The position numbers and the translations under genes were made by a program. The notes under the pieces were generated by a model. That model was not told the origin of the DNA, searched no databases, and saw only the letters and a program-made list of their open reading frames with translations. From contig NIVC01001250.1 in the NCBI GenBank assembly GCA_002269645.1, positions 1-47,361 on the forward strand: a stretch of 47,361 nt of DNA, given 5' to 3'. How positions within the stretch are numbered: position 1 is the stretch's first letter; every line of letters starts with the position of its first letter. Source of the stretch: Macrostomum lignano. Its lineage: Eukaryota. Shown here in pieces: positions 1 to 10,457 of this stretch.

Positions 1-778
1 TTTATGATGGAGTTGTGATTTTTCGGTTTGTGATGCCCCCCCTCCACCTGCTCACTATCCAGGGTCACAGATGGCGGGCATAAAATTTTCTGGGTGCTGG
101 GTACAAGGTACAAGCAAGGATTTCCCTATAACTAGACTTTTTCTATAACTATAACTAGGTTCTAGTTATATAGAGAAATCCTTGGTACAAGCGACAGGCG
201 GCACGGCGGAGCGGGTGGGGATGCAGGCCTGTGAAAGGTTGATGCGGGAAGCGGTAGAAATGTTGTGCGAGACCAAGGAAATCTAGATCTAGCAGCTGGA
301 ATACCAACTCTTGAGTGGAGGCGCTCGGACCCGGACAGTAGTAGGCTGGCGCGATGATAAAGAAAAATGGGAGTCGCGTGGGGACCGGGGGCAGGCACAG
401 ACCAATAACAGACAACAGACCAGGCCTGCTAGTGCTTGTTCCCGCTAGCGGCTAGACTGAAGGGTATGAGCGAGCAAGTTAAGAAAATGGGGAAGAGAGG
501 AGAGAGAATATGGGGCATTTAAAAAATTGTACATTTTTGATACTAAAAACATACGGGTACAAATGTACGTTGAATTCCAGTTAGTCATCGTAACTGCAGA
601 GTCTAAGGGGTCTTTGTGCACACAAAGGACAGAGCTGAGGCAGTGAGGCACATGCTTTCATGATTTCAAGTTCCCTGCTTTTTCTTAGCTCTTAGTCTTT
701 ACTCTTACTAAGATAAAATACTTTTTCGAATGCCATACGGACACAACTGCCGGGCCATGTCAGATTTAGCGACTATTT

Positions 779-1580
779 AAATATCTTCTCGACTGCTGCG
801 ACTGCAGCGATGTCCAGTTACGAAAATTCCAATCAGACAGCATCGAAGGCGCGCTTCATCTGGATTCGGCAGCTCAGTTGCAGCAGCTATCCTTTATCTC
901 TATGCGCCATGCCAGCTATCTGAGAGCGACAGGAAAATCAGAGCTGTTTCTCTGTTGAAGTATTCCAGTATTGCTGTCACCGACATCGAAGTGGTGCTGC
1001 AGAATAAGAATATAGTTCGATGAAGAGGACCTGCGGCAACTGGCAGATCAAATTCAGCGCAGAATTCGATTGCTTTCCGGACAAGTCACCTGGCCATCGT
1101 CTATTGCATCAGCTGCTTCTGCCCCCGTTCATTACTCCGGACAAAGAATAAGTGCGAGTTCTGTAAGAAATCCCTGTCTGCGACACTCCCGTTGCAGTCT
1201 TTCAGCAGGAGTTCTTTCTGAATGTTCAAAAGACATTCAGCAGGCGAAGGCCGCATTCGACTTCCTGGCTGCTATTGATGAGGACTTTCCTAGGCGCAAG
1301 AGCACATTTTTCAACTGCGTGTCTTGCTGGCTAGTTTTTTCGGAACTCTAAATCTAAAAGCACAGCGAGTCTGAAGGACAATTTCTTCTCGGCAACAATT
1401 AACCAATGCGAGTTATTCTATCTTATGATCGACCTAGCGCATGAAGACAAGCCTGAAATTGCTTTCTACAGAAACACTGCACGAATGGGCTCGACATAGT
1501 GCAAGAAATCGTAAGGCGTGCTTCTGTGCTTTGCTTGAACTGCATGGCGAAGATGCTGGTGCGGGAGGTCACTGAGAAGG
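779..1580 (+). mobile_element. Decayed P-element/THAP9-like transposase, C-terminal remnant
   Basis: Frameshifted translation gives KYLLDCCDCSDVQLRKFQSDSIE / RFIWIRQLS / LSESDRKIRAVSLLKYS, then a CEFC motif, NCVSCWLVFSEL and CTNG..DIVQEIVRR. This resembles, in order, the YLL..F.YVLLGKFQSD.IE.RFG..RQLSG.NY....ESE.KI...SLLK C-terminus of P-superfamily transposases. Several frameshifts and stops are present. Confidence 0.7.
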
Positions 1581-3507
1581 ACTGAAGGAGTCGGCATCAT
1601 CTGTGTAACGAAACATCAAGAAGCTGACCGCGGCTTTAGTGCAAGTAGCGCCGAGAAGCTCTGCCCAATGACATGAATTTCTGCATATCTGCTATTCAGA
1701 TCGAACTGCACTTCGAACTGTTATGTGAATACAGCTACCGTTTCTAATTTTTTTCAAACGTTGCTTTATTTAACTGCTGTGTTTTAGGATTGATTTGGTT
1801 AAGTTGGAGACGCCTGAGTCTCACTCAATATACGACGTACGAGCGTAATTAGCAAGGCATGAACGATGTACATTGCTTAATAGCTGGCTAAAATTGAGAA
1901 TCAAAATGTCAAAAGTCAATCAAGATGTCATAGACTGAACACTGATTGTGTGATCAATTAGACGTCAGAGTCAGAGCAAAACTAAACTATGCAAAGCTAT
2001 CAGTCATGTGAATGAAATCACGTTGCACTGTCACAACAATAACTTGTTAAATATTGCTTGAAGTCAGTAATTATTTCCGTATTGTACTGTTAAAATTCAC
2101 ATTTTTTTATTCTGAATGATGTCGAATTACGAGCTATCTCGTAGTTTAGGTATGCAGATTTATCCATCCTCTTTTTTATTGGCGAAATCGTAATGCCATT
2201 GCCTCAATGATACACTTTGAATGCAATAATATGAATCTGTCTGCTTTTATTTTCTATTAAATACAAAAAAACAATATTTGTTTCGTTTCCATACTTGAAA
2301 ATTCGATTTTGGTTTTTAGCGTGCATCTTAGTCAAAGATTTGTTCGAATGCAAAAGCATATGTGGCTATGTGGGGTTTTCCCAGTCAGCCTACTAGCGTC
2401 CGGCGGGGCCAATAAGAGTTGGGACTCCAGGTTCTAGTTCTAGATCTCTATGGCGAGACAAACTCAGTAGCGCAGACACAGAGCTCTGGGGAGATCCTGG
2501 TGAGTGGAGATGGAGAAGATCTTTTTTGATTAGTTCGGAGTAAACACCTGGATTTTTACAATACTTTCGTTGCCCTCCCGTTGAGTTTGAGTGTCGAATT
2601 TTTTCACTATTATTTGTCACTACAAAAGGGTTCAAATTGAGGGTAAAAATTGTAGCAAAGTAATTAAATCGTGAAGGAATGCATCGGAAGTCAACTGGTT
2701 AAACCATTAGATGGTGTTCAGCCTACTACTGAAGTATTTTTTTACTTCTAGCACGCTCGAAAGCTGTCACACTACGAGCGTAATACTTGTACAATAAATA
2801 TTACGAGCTAGATTCCTTTTGTGCCCCAGTTTACCGGTAGGTACCCTCTAGTTACTTTATAGCCGAAATAATCCGAATAAAATTGCATCGAGCTTCGTGA
2901 TTCGTTGGTTCGAATAAGCGTACAGTTAAAAGCGATGGATTGAATAGTTTCTACCCAGCCTGCCTTCATTCTCTTGCAGTCTTAACTGACCCAAATTCTG
3001 AACATCAGAGGCTGCAGCTCGCAGACTCGCAGTAGTTTCTGTTGCAACCGTGTTTGAGTGGGGCATAGGGTGGTCTGGGTAGAGAGAAAAAGGAAAGGCA
3101 GTCGAGGCAAAACGAACGCACTCTCATGGCTAGGCTGAAAAACGTTTCAGAGCTTGTCAGGCATGCAGTGGCTTTACGTGGACAGTGTCTGATAGCATGT
3201 ACATTCGTGGGCTTCGAAATGGGGTGGGGCTGGGGGTCGAAGTGAATCTCCGCTGCTTCGGTCTTCACCCTCATACCCCTTCACTCGCCGAGAGGCGTCA
3301 GGGTTGTACGTTGTACTGCCAATGACTGTCTGCCCCACACATCTCTTCGCCGGCCCTCTTTTTAGTGCGCTCTGTGCGAAAGCATAAGAGGGGTGCTGAG
3401 GCACAGTACAGGGAAAGGCTACACAAAAGCGCTAAGCGAAGTTCCAGTAAGCCCAAAAAGCTGCATTAGATCCGTCCATAGCCATAGTTGGGCGCAGAAG
3501 TCAAAGA

Positions 3508-4244
3508 ATGCCCGACTATCTGTCCTGCGGGGCCTGCCACACCGAATTCGAAGTGATGGACTTCCACCGCTTCCTGGACCATAAGATCTCTAGCTGCCAC
3601 ATTCGGTACGATGGCTCGGGCCCATCAGAGTCGATGCTCGAATGCTCCAAATGCAACAGGCGCTGCCGCACACCCTGGTCTCTGCTGCAGCACCTGCAGT
3701 TTGATCATTGCATGTCGCTGGTGCGCACTTTGATGCTTCCAGCATCTCAGGCCGGCGTCTCCAGCGGTCATTCAGAGGCCAGCACGCAGACTAGCGGCTC
3801 CAGTTTGAAGCGACAGGTCTGCCCGTGCGATGACATTGATGAGCGGCTGACAGTTGACTGCTGCCTGGTTGACACAGGCGGTGGTTGTTGCCCAGTCGAA
3901 GGCTGCCCAGCTGGCAAGCCTCTCCAAACACCGCAGTGCTGTCTGGCAGTCCCGAAAAAGCGCCGCCTGTTGGCGCTTCGTCCGTGCGACAACGGTGATA
4001 CAAGTGCCGGCTCTAGCACTGGTGTCGGCGACGGAGACGCCAGCCCGGAAACCGCCAGCGCCAGCGCACCTGCCTCGTCTACCAGAGATTCGCCATCAGG
4101 GCAACCGCAGACGCCACAGACGCCGCAGCAGACACAGGTTGCCACGTCCTCTGCTCAAACGCCGCTGCCTCCTCCGCCGCTTTTGTGCTGCTCGGCAGTG
4201 AAGATTGAGTGCTGCCAGAAAGCAGCAACACCCGGCCCTCCTAG
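3508..4244 (+). CDS. BCL11/Ctip-like zinc-finger protein, coding exon 1 (model join 3508-4244, 8678-9089, 9357-9583, 9877-10204; ~567 aa)
   Basis: DYLSCGACHTEFEVMDFHRFLDHKISSC resembles the BCL11 N-terminal CCHC finger (DLLTCGQC...FIEHK..QC). CSKCNRRCRTPWSLLQHLQFDH resembles the following BCL11 C2H2 finger (AWFLLQHAQNTH). Donor AG|GTGAGT at 4244/4245, phase 2. The start codon is uncertain and an upstream exon is possible. Confidence 0.85.
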
Positions 4245-5101
4245 GTGAGTGGGTGAGAATAGGCATTGTTTTATGGGTCTGCACTCTTGCTGTACAAAAT
4301 TATTTTTACGATACTTGCAACTTGCAAATTTTAGATGCAGTTGTTGAAATTCATAAGGTTTATCGACAACTTTCTATGAAATCAAATTTTGTATTGATTG
4401 AAATGCACTTCACGTTAATGACCTCTGCTTAATGGCTGGTCATTAACTGAAAGTCCTGTTTTGACCATAGACAATTCAATCAATGCAGCTAATATGAAGC
4501 GGTAATTTAAGTTAACGGCCAAATTTCAATTGCCCACGCCATTGGCCATTGGCCATTGACCTTGGCCATTGCCTAGAAAACTCGCATGGTTTTCTTTCAG
4601 TAAAAGCACATCAAGAAAGTTCCAAGGAAACAGTATTTGCTGATGCTACGGTTTGCTTCAAAGTCAATTATTTTTCTGTGATCGTAGAACTTGTCTATTG
4701 CTTGTCTAAAAATAGAACAATAATTAGGCAGCCAATACTAGGATTTGTACTTTTAGCAACGCGTTCCTGTAAACAGTTTGCCCAGTCTAGTCATTTCTTC
4801 GTTCATGGTCGCTGCCTCGCAGCCTCTTTTTTTACGCGTCCTGGCCTACATTTCTAGGCGCTCTGATTGACTGACTATCTATGCTTGACTTAAAAAAATG
4901 TTTTTGGATTTCTCCAATCCGTTTAAGTACAAGCCACGGGTTAAATCTACATGTAAAGTACCCCTTTCTGAATTAGCATAAGCGAAACCTATTAAGGGGC
5001 GAGGCTTTTAGGCAGTGGGAATTTTTCGTCTATTAGCTATCACCTGCTTATCCTTTTATGGGACGCCTTTTGAAGAGCGCACTATCATATGGGCAAGCCG
5101 G

Positions 5102-5438
5102 CAGGGTCGCAATGGATTTTAGGGTGGGGGGACAAAGCAAAGAATTCTACATGTACATGTAAATTATTTTCAGAACGGGTGTTATCAGCGCTCATTTAGC
5201 GCCGCAGGCACTCATTTTGGCGCCCCAGAGACTCATTTTGGCTCCACAGGCACTCATTTTAGCGCCGTAGGCACTCATTTTGGCGCCGTAGGCGCTATAT
5301 ATTTGTCGCCCTGAAGCAAAATTATTGATATCCATAACGAGTCACAAGGTTCGGGGGGGGGGCGGAAGCATTGGCATGTCCCCCCCCCACAGCTTTTACT
5401 GGGGGGACATGCCCCCCCCCCCGGTGGCGACGCCCCTG
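5102..5438. mobile_element. Degenerate hAT-like MITE carrying ~5 copies of a 21-bp repeat
   Basis: Left end cagggtcgca, right end ggcgacgcccctg. Flanks ggcaagcc and ggtaagcg resemble a decayed 8-bp TSD. The internal repeat ggcactcattttggcgccgca (5190-5290) is the reverse complement of the array at 11146-11457. Confidence 0.5.
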
Positions 5439-5487
5439 GGTAAGCGGTTGGACAACTTGTATTGGAGCGCACTCATTGGACATGTCA

Positions 5488-6007
5488 CATGAGTGCACTG
5501 CCACGAGTGCACTGCCATGAGTGCAATGATATACATGTAAGCGCACTGCCATGAGCGCACTGCCATGAGCGCACTGACATGAGCGCACTGACATGAGCGC
5601 ACTGACATGAGTGCACTGACATGAGCGCACTGACATGAGTGCACTGCCACGAGTGCAGTGCCATGAGTGCAATGATATACATGTAAGCGCACTGCCATGA
5701 GCGCACTGCCATGAGCGCACTGCCATGAGCGCACTGCCATGAGCGCACTGCCATGAGCGCACTGCCATGAGCGCACTGACATGAGCGCACTGACATGAGT
5801 GCACTGACATGAGCGCACTGACATGAGTGCACTGCCACGAGTGCACTGCCATGAGTGCAATGATATACATGTAAGCGCACTGCCATGAGCGCACTGCCAT
5901 GAGCGCACTGCCATGAGCGCACTGCCATGAGCGCACTGACATGAGCGCACTGACATGAGCGCACTGACATGAGCGCACTGACATGAGCGCACTGACATGA
6001 ACGCACT
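5488..6007. repeat. 14-bp minisatellite (catgagcgcactg[c/a]) with three recurring interruptions
   Basis: About 35 units are directly visible. The block gccacgagtgca.tgccatgagtgcaatgatatacatgtaagc recurs near 5500, 5645 and 5835. Confidence 0.97.
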
Positions 6008-6520
6008 TTTACTACGAAGTGGCACAAAGAGACTTGGGGGTCGTACTAGCTCGTATAAAGCTGTCGTAGCGTAAGTTCGATCGTACGTCGGAACTTTTAC
6101 ACTGCGGAGATGGGAGCTAAGAACGATCTTATCTTACGATGGCTTTATAGAACGGGCCCAATCACTTCTAGCTACTGCTAGGCAACCCAGTAATCAAACG
6201 AATGTATTTATTACCTTGAGTCCTGTTTTGGAGAGCTCTTCCTTGCGTAGATCTCGGTTTCAATCAGTCTAGACGTCTAGATTTAGTTGTCCTGGTCCAG
6301 GTTCCTCTTTACTTCCAACGAAGTCGTTTCCGGCCGGTATCTGTCGTTCGGACCAATCAGAAGCTTCGAATTAACAATGGGATCCCTGCGCCGTACTGCG
6401 GTTTCAATTAAGCCTTCTCCTTCTAGCAGTGCCTTAATGCACTCTAGGTATAGCTCCGGTAATCACTGATAGTCCTCTAAGATCTATCAGGGTTAGTCCT
6501 TTTGGAGACTACAACCAATG

Positions 6521-6574
6521 GAGTCTCAATAGACTCAAGAGTCTCAATAGACTCAAGAGTCTCAATAGACTCAA
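6521..6574. repeat. 3 x 18-bp tandem repeat gagtctcaatagactcaa (each unit a mini-hairpin)
   Basis: Directly visible. gagtct and agactc are complementary. Confidence 0.9.
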
Positions 6575-6629
6575 CTACAACAACAACAATGAGTCGACTC
6601 AAACACCAGGGCGCAAATGAGTAAGGCTT

Positions 6630-6939
6630 ACTTACCGCAAGAACTCGACCGAGTCTCGATTGACTTAGTCTTCAGGAATTCCTCCTAAGGCTTCCTCTTC
6701 TCTTCGGAGCGTCTCCTTCTGTAGGTTCGGTTGTTGGCTCCGGGTCCGCTTCGGACCACTTGTATTTATAGGCAAACGGACCCCTCGCGAGGTCGTCCAT
6801 CACCTTTTTTCGTAAATGTCAAAAGGTCACGCATTGGTGGCTGTCAAGCATGACAGGGTAGAAAGTTAAGCCACTAGTCTAGTGTAAGCGCGCATGATTG
6901 GTTACCGTAGCTGGGTTATTTTGGGCTCTCTTTGATTGG
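6630..6939 (-). promoter_or_regulatory. Putative antisense Pol II promoter cassette (3 CCAAT boxes, TATAAATA, downstream GTAAGT donor), probably LTR-like
   Basis: Minus-strand CCAAT at 6935-6939, 6897-6901 and 6833-6837, TATAAATA at 6770-6763, and G|GTAAGT at 6636/6635. Confidence 0.45.
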
Positions 6940-7929
6940 TTCATCCTGTGCAGGCCGAATGATGAATCGCAGATGGGGTTTAAACTGACAATTGTAGGTT
7001 AGGTCACGCATGACTGGTTGGTTGCAAAAAATAACATGTTTGACTTACTCTCTTGTGGTTCGTTGACTAAAATTACGCATGTGATTCAGTACTTATTTTT
7101 ATACATGCTACTTACTATAGCACTAAATAAAGATTTATAAGTAGTATGTTAACAATTTGTATGACTTTTCTTGGGAGGTATAACACTATACACTACTTTC
7201 AGTTCATTAGTAAGTTAAACAGAAGCATTTTAATGTATCTTACAAAGACACGGCTCATTTATTGGATCTTACCCCCCCCCAGCTTAACCCTCCAACAGCG
7301 CCTTTCCACACTACCCCCTCGCCCCATCCCAATTTTTATTGCCTTTCTCGGAAATCCAGCCTAAGCTGCCATGTACATTTCAGTGGACTGGCTAATGTAC
7401 ATTTTTGCTGAACCAAATAGCAAGCTGTTTACGCCTGCAAACTTGGGCTTCTAAACTTATAAAAGTCGTTTCAGCTGCCTTATTTTTATAAAATAGCTTA
7501 TGTATTCTTCTTTGCTACTGAACTGAAAGTAGAAAGCTGTTTTACTAAGTATCTTTGCCTGAGTGGCCCATCTAGTTATTTTAGTATTTGTGAGGGAGGG
7601 ACGGAGAGACAGTGAAACAACTTAAAAACCAATGTTCAACCCCAACAACGTGTTTGAAGGGTGCACTGCAAAGCGCGGTGTCATAGCGCGCCTTTTATTT
7701 TGTGACAAGCTTGGCTTAAGAGCGCAGGCACAAACCTGTATGAGCGCGCAGAGGCCAGACACGAAATTTTACGAGCGTGCAATGATGAAGGCGCGAGTCG
7801 ATTATATATTTGTAGTAGCGCAGAAAATAAATTAGGATCGTACCGCCGTCTTCATAAAAGTCTCTACCCAATTAGCGATTGGGGACACGTCAGGGTAAAA
7901 AAATCTAGTACTTGAATGAATCTGCTTTG

Positions 7930-8450
7930 CACATGTATCTTTACACATGTATCTTTACACATGTATCTTTACACATCTATCTTTACACATAATTATCTTT
8001 ACACATGTATCCTTACACGTATCTTTACACATAAGTTTCTTTACACATGTATCCTTACACGTATCTTTACACATAAGTTTCTTTACACATGTATCCTTAC
8101 ACGTATCTTTACACATAAGTATCTTTACACATGTATCCTTACACGTATCTTTACACATAAGTATCTTTACACATGTATCCTTACACGTATCTTTACACAT
8201 AAGTATCTTTACACATGTATCCTTACACGTATCTTTACACAAGTTTCTTTACACATGTATCCTTACACGTATCTTTACACATAAGTATCTTTACACATGT
8301 ATCCTTACACATAAGTATCTTTACACATGTATCCTTACACGTATCTTTACACATAAGTATCTTTACACATGTATCCTTACACGTATCTTTACACATAAGT
8401 ATCTTTACACATGTATCCTTACACGTATCTTTACACATGTATCTTACATG
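7930..8450. repeat. Minisatellite of 12/14/16-bp tatc[t/c]ttacac-based subunits forming a 42-bp higher-order unit
   Basis: tatctttacacataag + tatctttacacatg + tatccttacacg is repeated. Lies in intron 1 of the zinc-finger gene. Confidence 0.95.
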
Positions 8451-8677
8451 TAGCGAGAATTCGCTTACTAATCCAATCATACAGAACGGTGCGAATTTCC
8501 TTTCATTGCACGAATAGTTCCATACGTTTATGCTTAAAGGCTAGTCTGTTTCAGAGGAGTTGCAAGAGTAATGGAGCCAATGGAGCCACAAATCTTAGAG
8601 GAAAATCTGATGGATACAGCAAGAGCTAAATTTGCCACTACGTAAGATTGCCTACATCTGACTTCTTCATCCCACAG

Positions 8678-9089
8678 GTCGGTGCAAAGCACGAGCAGCC
8701 AGACGGACTTCGTGGTCACATTGGACATCGACATGGATATGCTGCTGGGTGGCGGCGAGGGGCCCTCCCTGCTCAACGAGTCCAGTGAGGAAGCGCCACA
8801 GACACGAGCTGTAGCGACTGCGCCCTGCAAGGCCATCCAGACCCTCAGCCGAGTGGCCTATCCAGCGGGCGAGCCCGACCCGGCAGCTGCTGTCCACGCC
8901 GTCCCCGTACCGCCGCCGCCTCCGCCACCGACCAGCGACTCGGGTATCTACTTTGCGTCGGACCCTTGTGTACAGTTTGGTGGTGGTGGCGATGGCAGCT
9001 TTTCTGCTGCCCTGGCCGATGGAATGGAGACAAGCGCCACTCACTTGGCGCCTCTGGATACCTCCTATTCCATGTTCTCCAAGTCACAG
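8678..9089 (+). CDS. BCL11-like zinc-finger gene, exon 2 (low-complexity, Pro/Gly-rich linker)
   Basis: Acceptor ttcttcatcccacag|G at 8677/8678 is phase-compatible with exon 1 (AG+G=Arg). The frame is open and GC-rich. Donor CAG|GTAAGC at 9089/9090, phase 0. Confidence 0.8.
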
Positions 9090-9356
9090 GTAAGCTTGCG
9101 TGGCTTCTTCTTGTTGTCGATTTCACCTTTTTTTCTTCTAATTGCCATTTTTGACGATACATGTGGAGTCCAACCTGGGCACGGGCAGACAGAGTCATAT
9201 AAAACCTTCTAAAAACCATTCGTGACTCCTACCAGCCATGTCAGAAATTTATAGCTTTGTTTTCTTTGACGCTCTGATTTAATGTAAATTAAAAATGTCT
9301 TCTTGTCTGCTTTCTTCCTAGAATTCATAACGGATTGCCTCAATAATTCTCCACAG

Positions 9357-9583
9357 GACCCACCTCAGTTGCTGGGTGAACAACAGCAGCAGTACATGTC
9401 CCAGGACCTGCTTACCAATTCAGCTGTTCCCAGCACCTCAGCGCATGTCAACCACGTCTCCTTGCCGCTGGATTTGCCCATGCAGCAACCGGGGCAGTCG
9501 CACCAGCAGCTGCAGCTGCAGCACCAACCCGCTGCTCATCGGCCGCAGAAAAAGCTAAAGAAGGTTAAGGAATTGAAGTACAG
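9357..9583 (+). CDS. BCL11-like zinc-finger gene, exon 3 (Gln-rich, basic KKLKKVK)
   Basis: Acceptor ttctccacag|GAC at 9356/9357 is phase 0. The cctag at 9321 would give an immediate stop. Donor TACAG|GTGAGG at 9583/9584, phase 2. Confidence 0.75.
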
Positions 9584-9876
9584 GTGAGGTTATTGATATT
9601 GTATTAACACTTGTCGGGGTCTTTGATGACTATGAGTATCTGATCACTTACGTAATCGGATCCTAATCATTTTAGTTAAGTTTTAAGCCGGAAATGCAGT
9701 CTTTTTTTAGGCCAAGTGGCCCTGTACACCGTACGACGGACTACATAAGTATAAACGATACTTTAGTAGTCATGCACCGGACTCTAAATTTGTTTAAAAG
9801 CCACTGCTTGAAATGTATTCCTGATATCGCACTCAAACAAAATATTTTTTCAATCAAAAATACATTATCGCTGCAG

Positions 9877-10204
9877 ATGCTCCCAGTGCTCAAAGATCTA
9901 CCGCCAGAATATCCACCTGCGAAAACACGTGATGTCGCAACACAGCCTATCAAAGCCACACAAGTGCCCCACTTGCGAGTACACTACAGTTGAGAAGAGC
10001 CACCTCACCGTGCACATCCGCAAGCACACTGGCGAGCGGCCTTACAAATGCCGAGATTGCGACTACTCGACCGCGCAGAATTGCACACTCAAGGCGCACT
10101 ACCTTCGCAAGCACCCAGGCAGCATTGTCCACTGCGCCAGGTGCGGCATGGACTTCGTCACCGAGCACGAAAAGGACAAGCACGAGAGGGGCTGCGGCGA
10201 GTGA
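9877..10204 (+). CDS. BCL11-like zinc-finger gene, last exon (three C2H2 fingers plus a C2HC finger)
   Basis: Acceptor ctgcag|A. The splice creates YRCSQCSKIYRQNIHLRKHVMSQH, followed by HKCPTCEYTTVEKSHLTVHIRKH-TGERP-YKCRDCDYSTAQNCTLKAHYLRKH and CARC...HERGC. Stop TGA at 10202-10204. The joined CDS is 1704 nt, divisible by 3. Confidence 0.88.
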
Positions 10205-10457
10205 CCCTGCCATTTACTTCAATTTAATTGACTCTCTGTGACCTGAAATTCAAGCAGTAAGATGGATTGTATCTTTTATTTAAAGTACATGTACATTTTG
10301 GGAAGACAAATGAAAATATTTAGCTCTTCGCTTTATGCCCTATAAGCCGAAATTTATCTGAGGAGTCAACACACTTCCAATCACAGGAAACACAACAGTA
10401 TGAAGTAAGTTAGGCCACTGCTAAAGTAAGTCAGAAGGGGTTCTCAGCTCTACTGTA

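Noticed and set aside
2385-2728. 11-bp direct repeat tcagcctacta flanking ~320 bp (possible retro-insertion TSD)
   Set aside because: No poly(A) tail or recognisable element between the copies. Could be chance.
5322-6027. Long Cys/His-rich minus-strand ORFs (180-220 aa)
   Set aside because: They are translations of the stop-free 14-bp minisatellite, open in all three frames.
7916-8517. Repetitive ORFs (HVSLH, CKDT repeats)
   Set aside because: Artefacts of the 42-bp array inside an intron.
9303-9356. Acceptor cctag at 9321 for zinc-finger exon 3
   Set aside because: Phase-0 joining gives an immediate TAA. The acceptor at 9356 keeps the frame.
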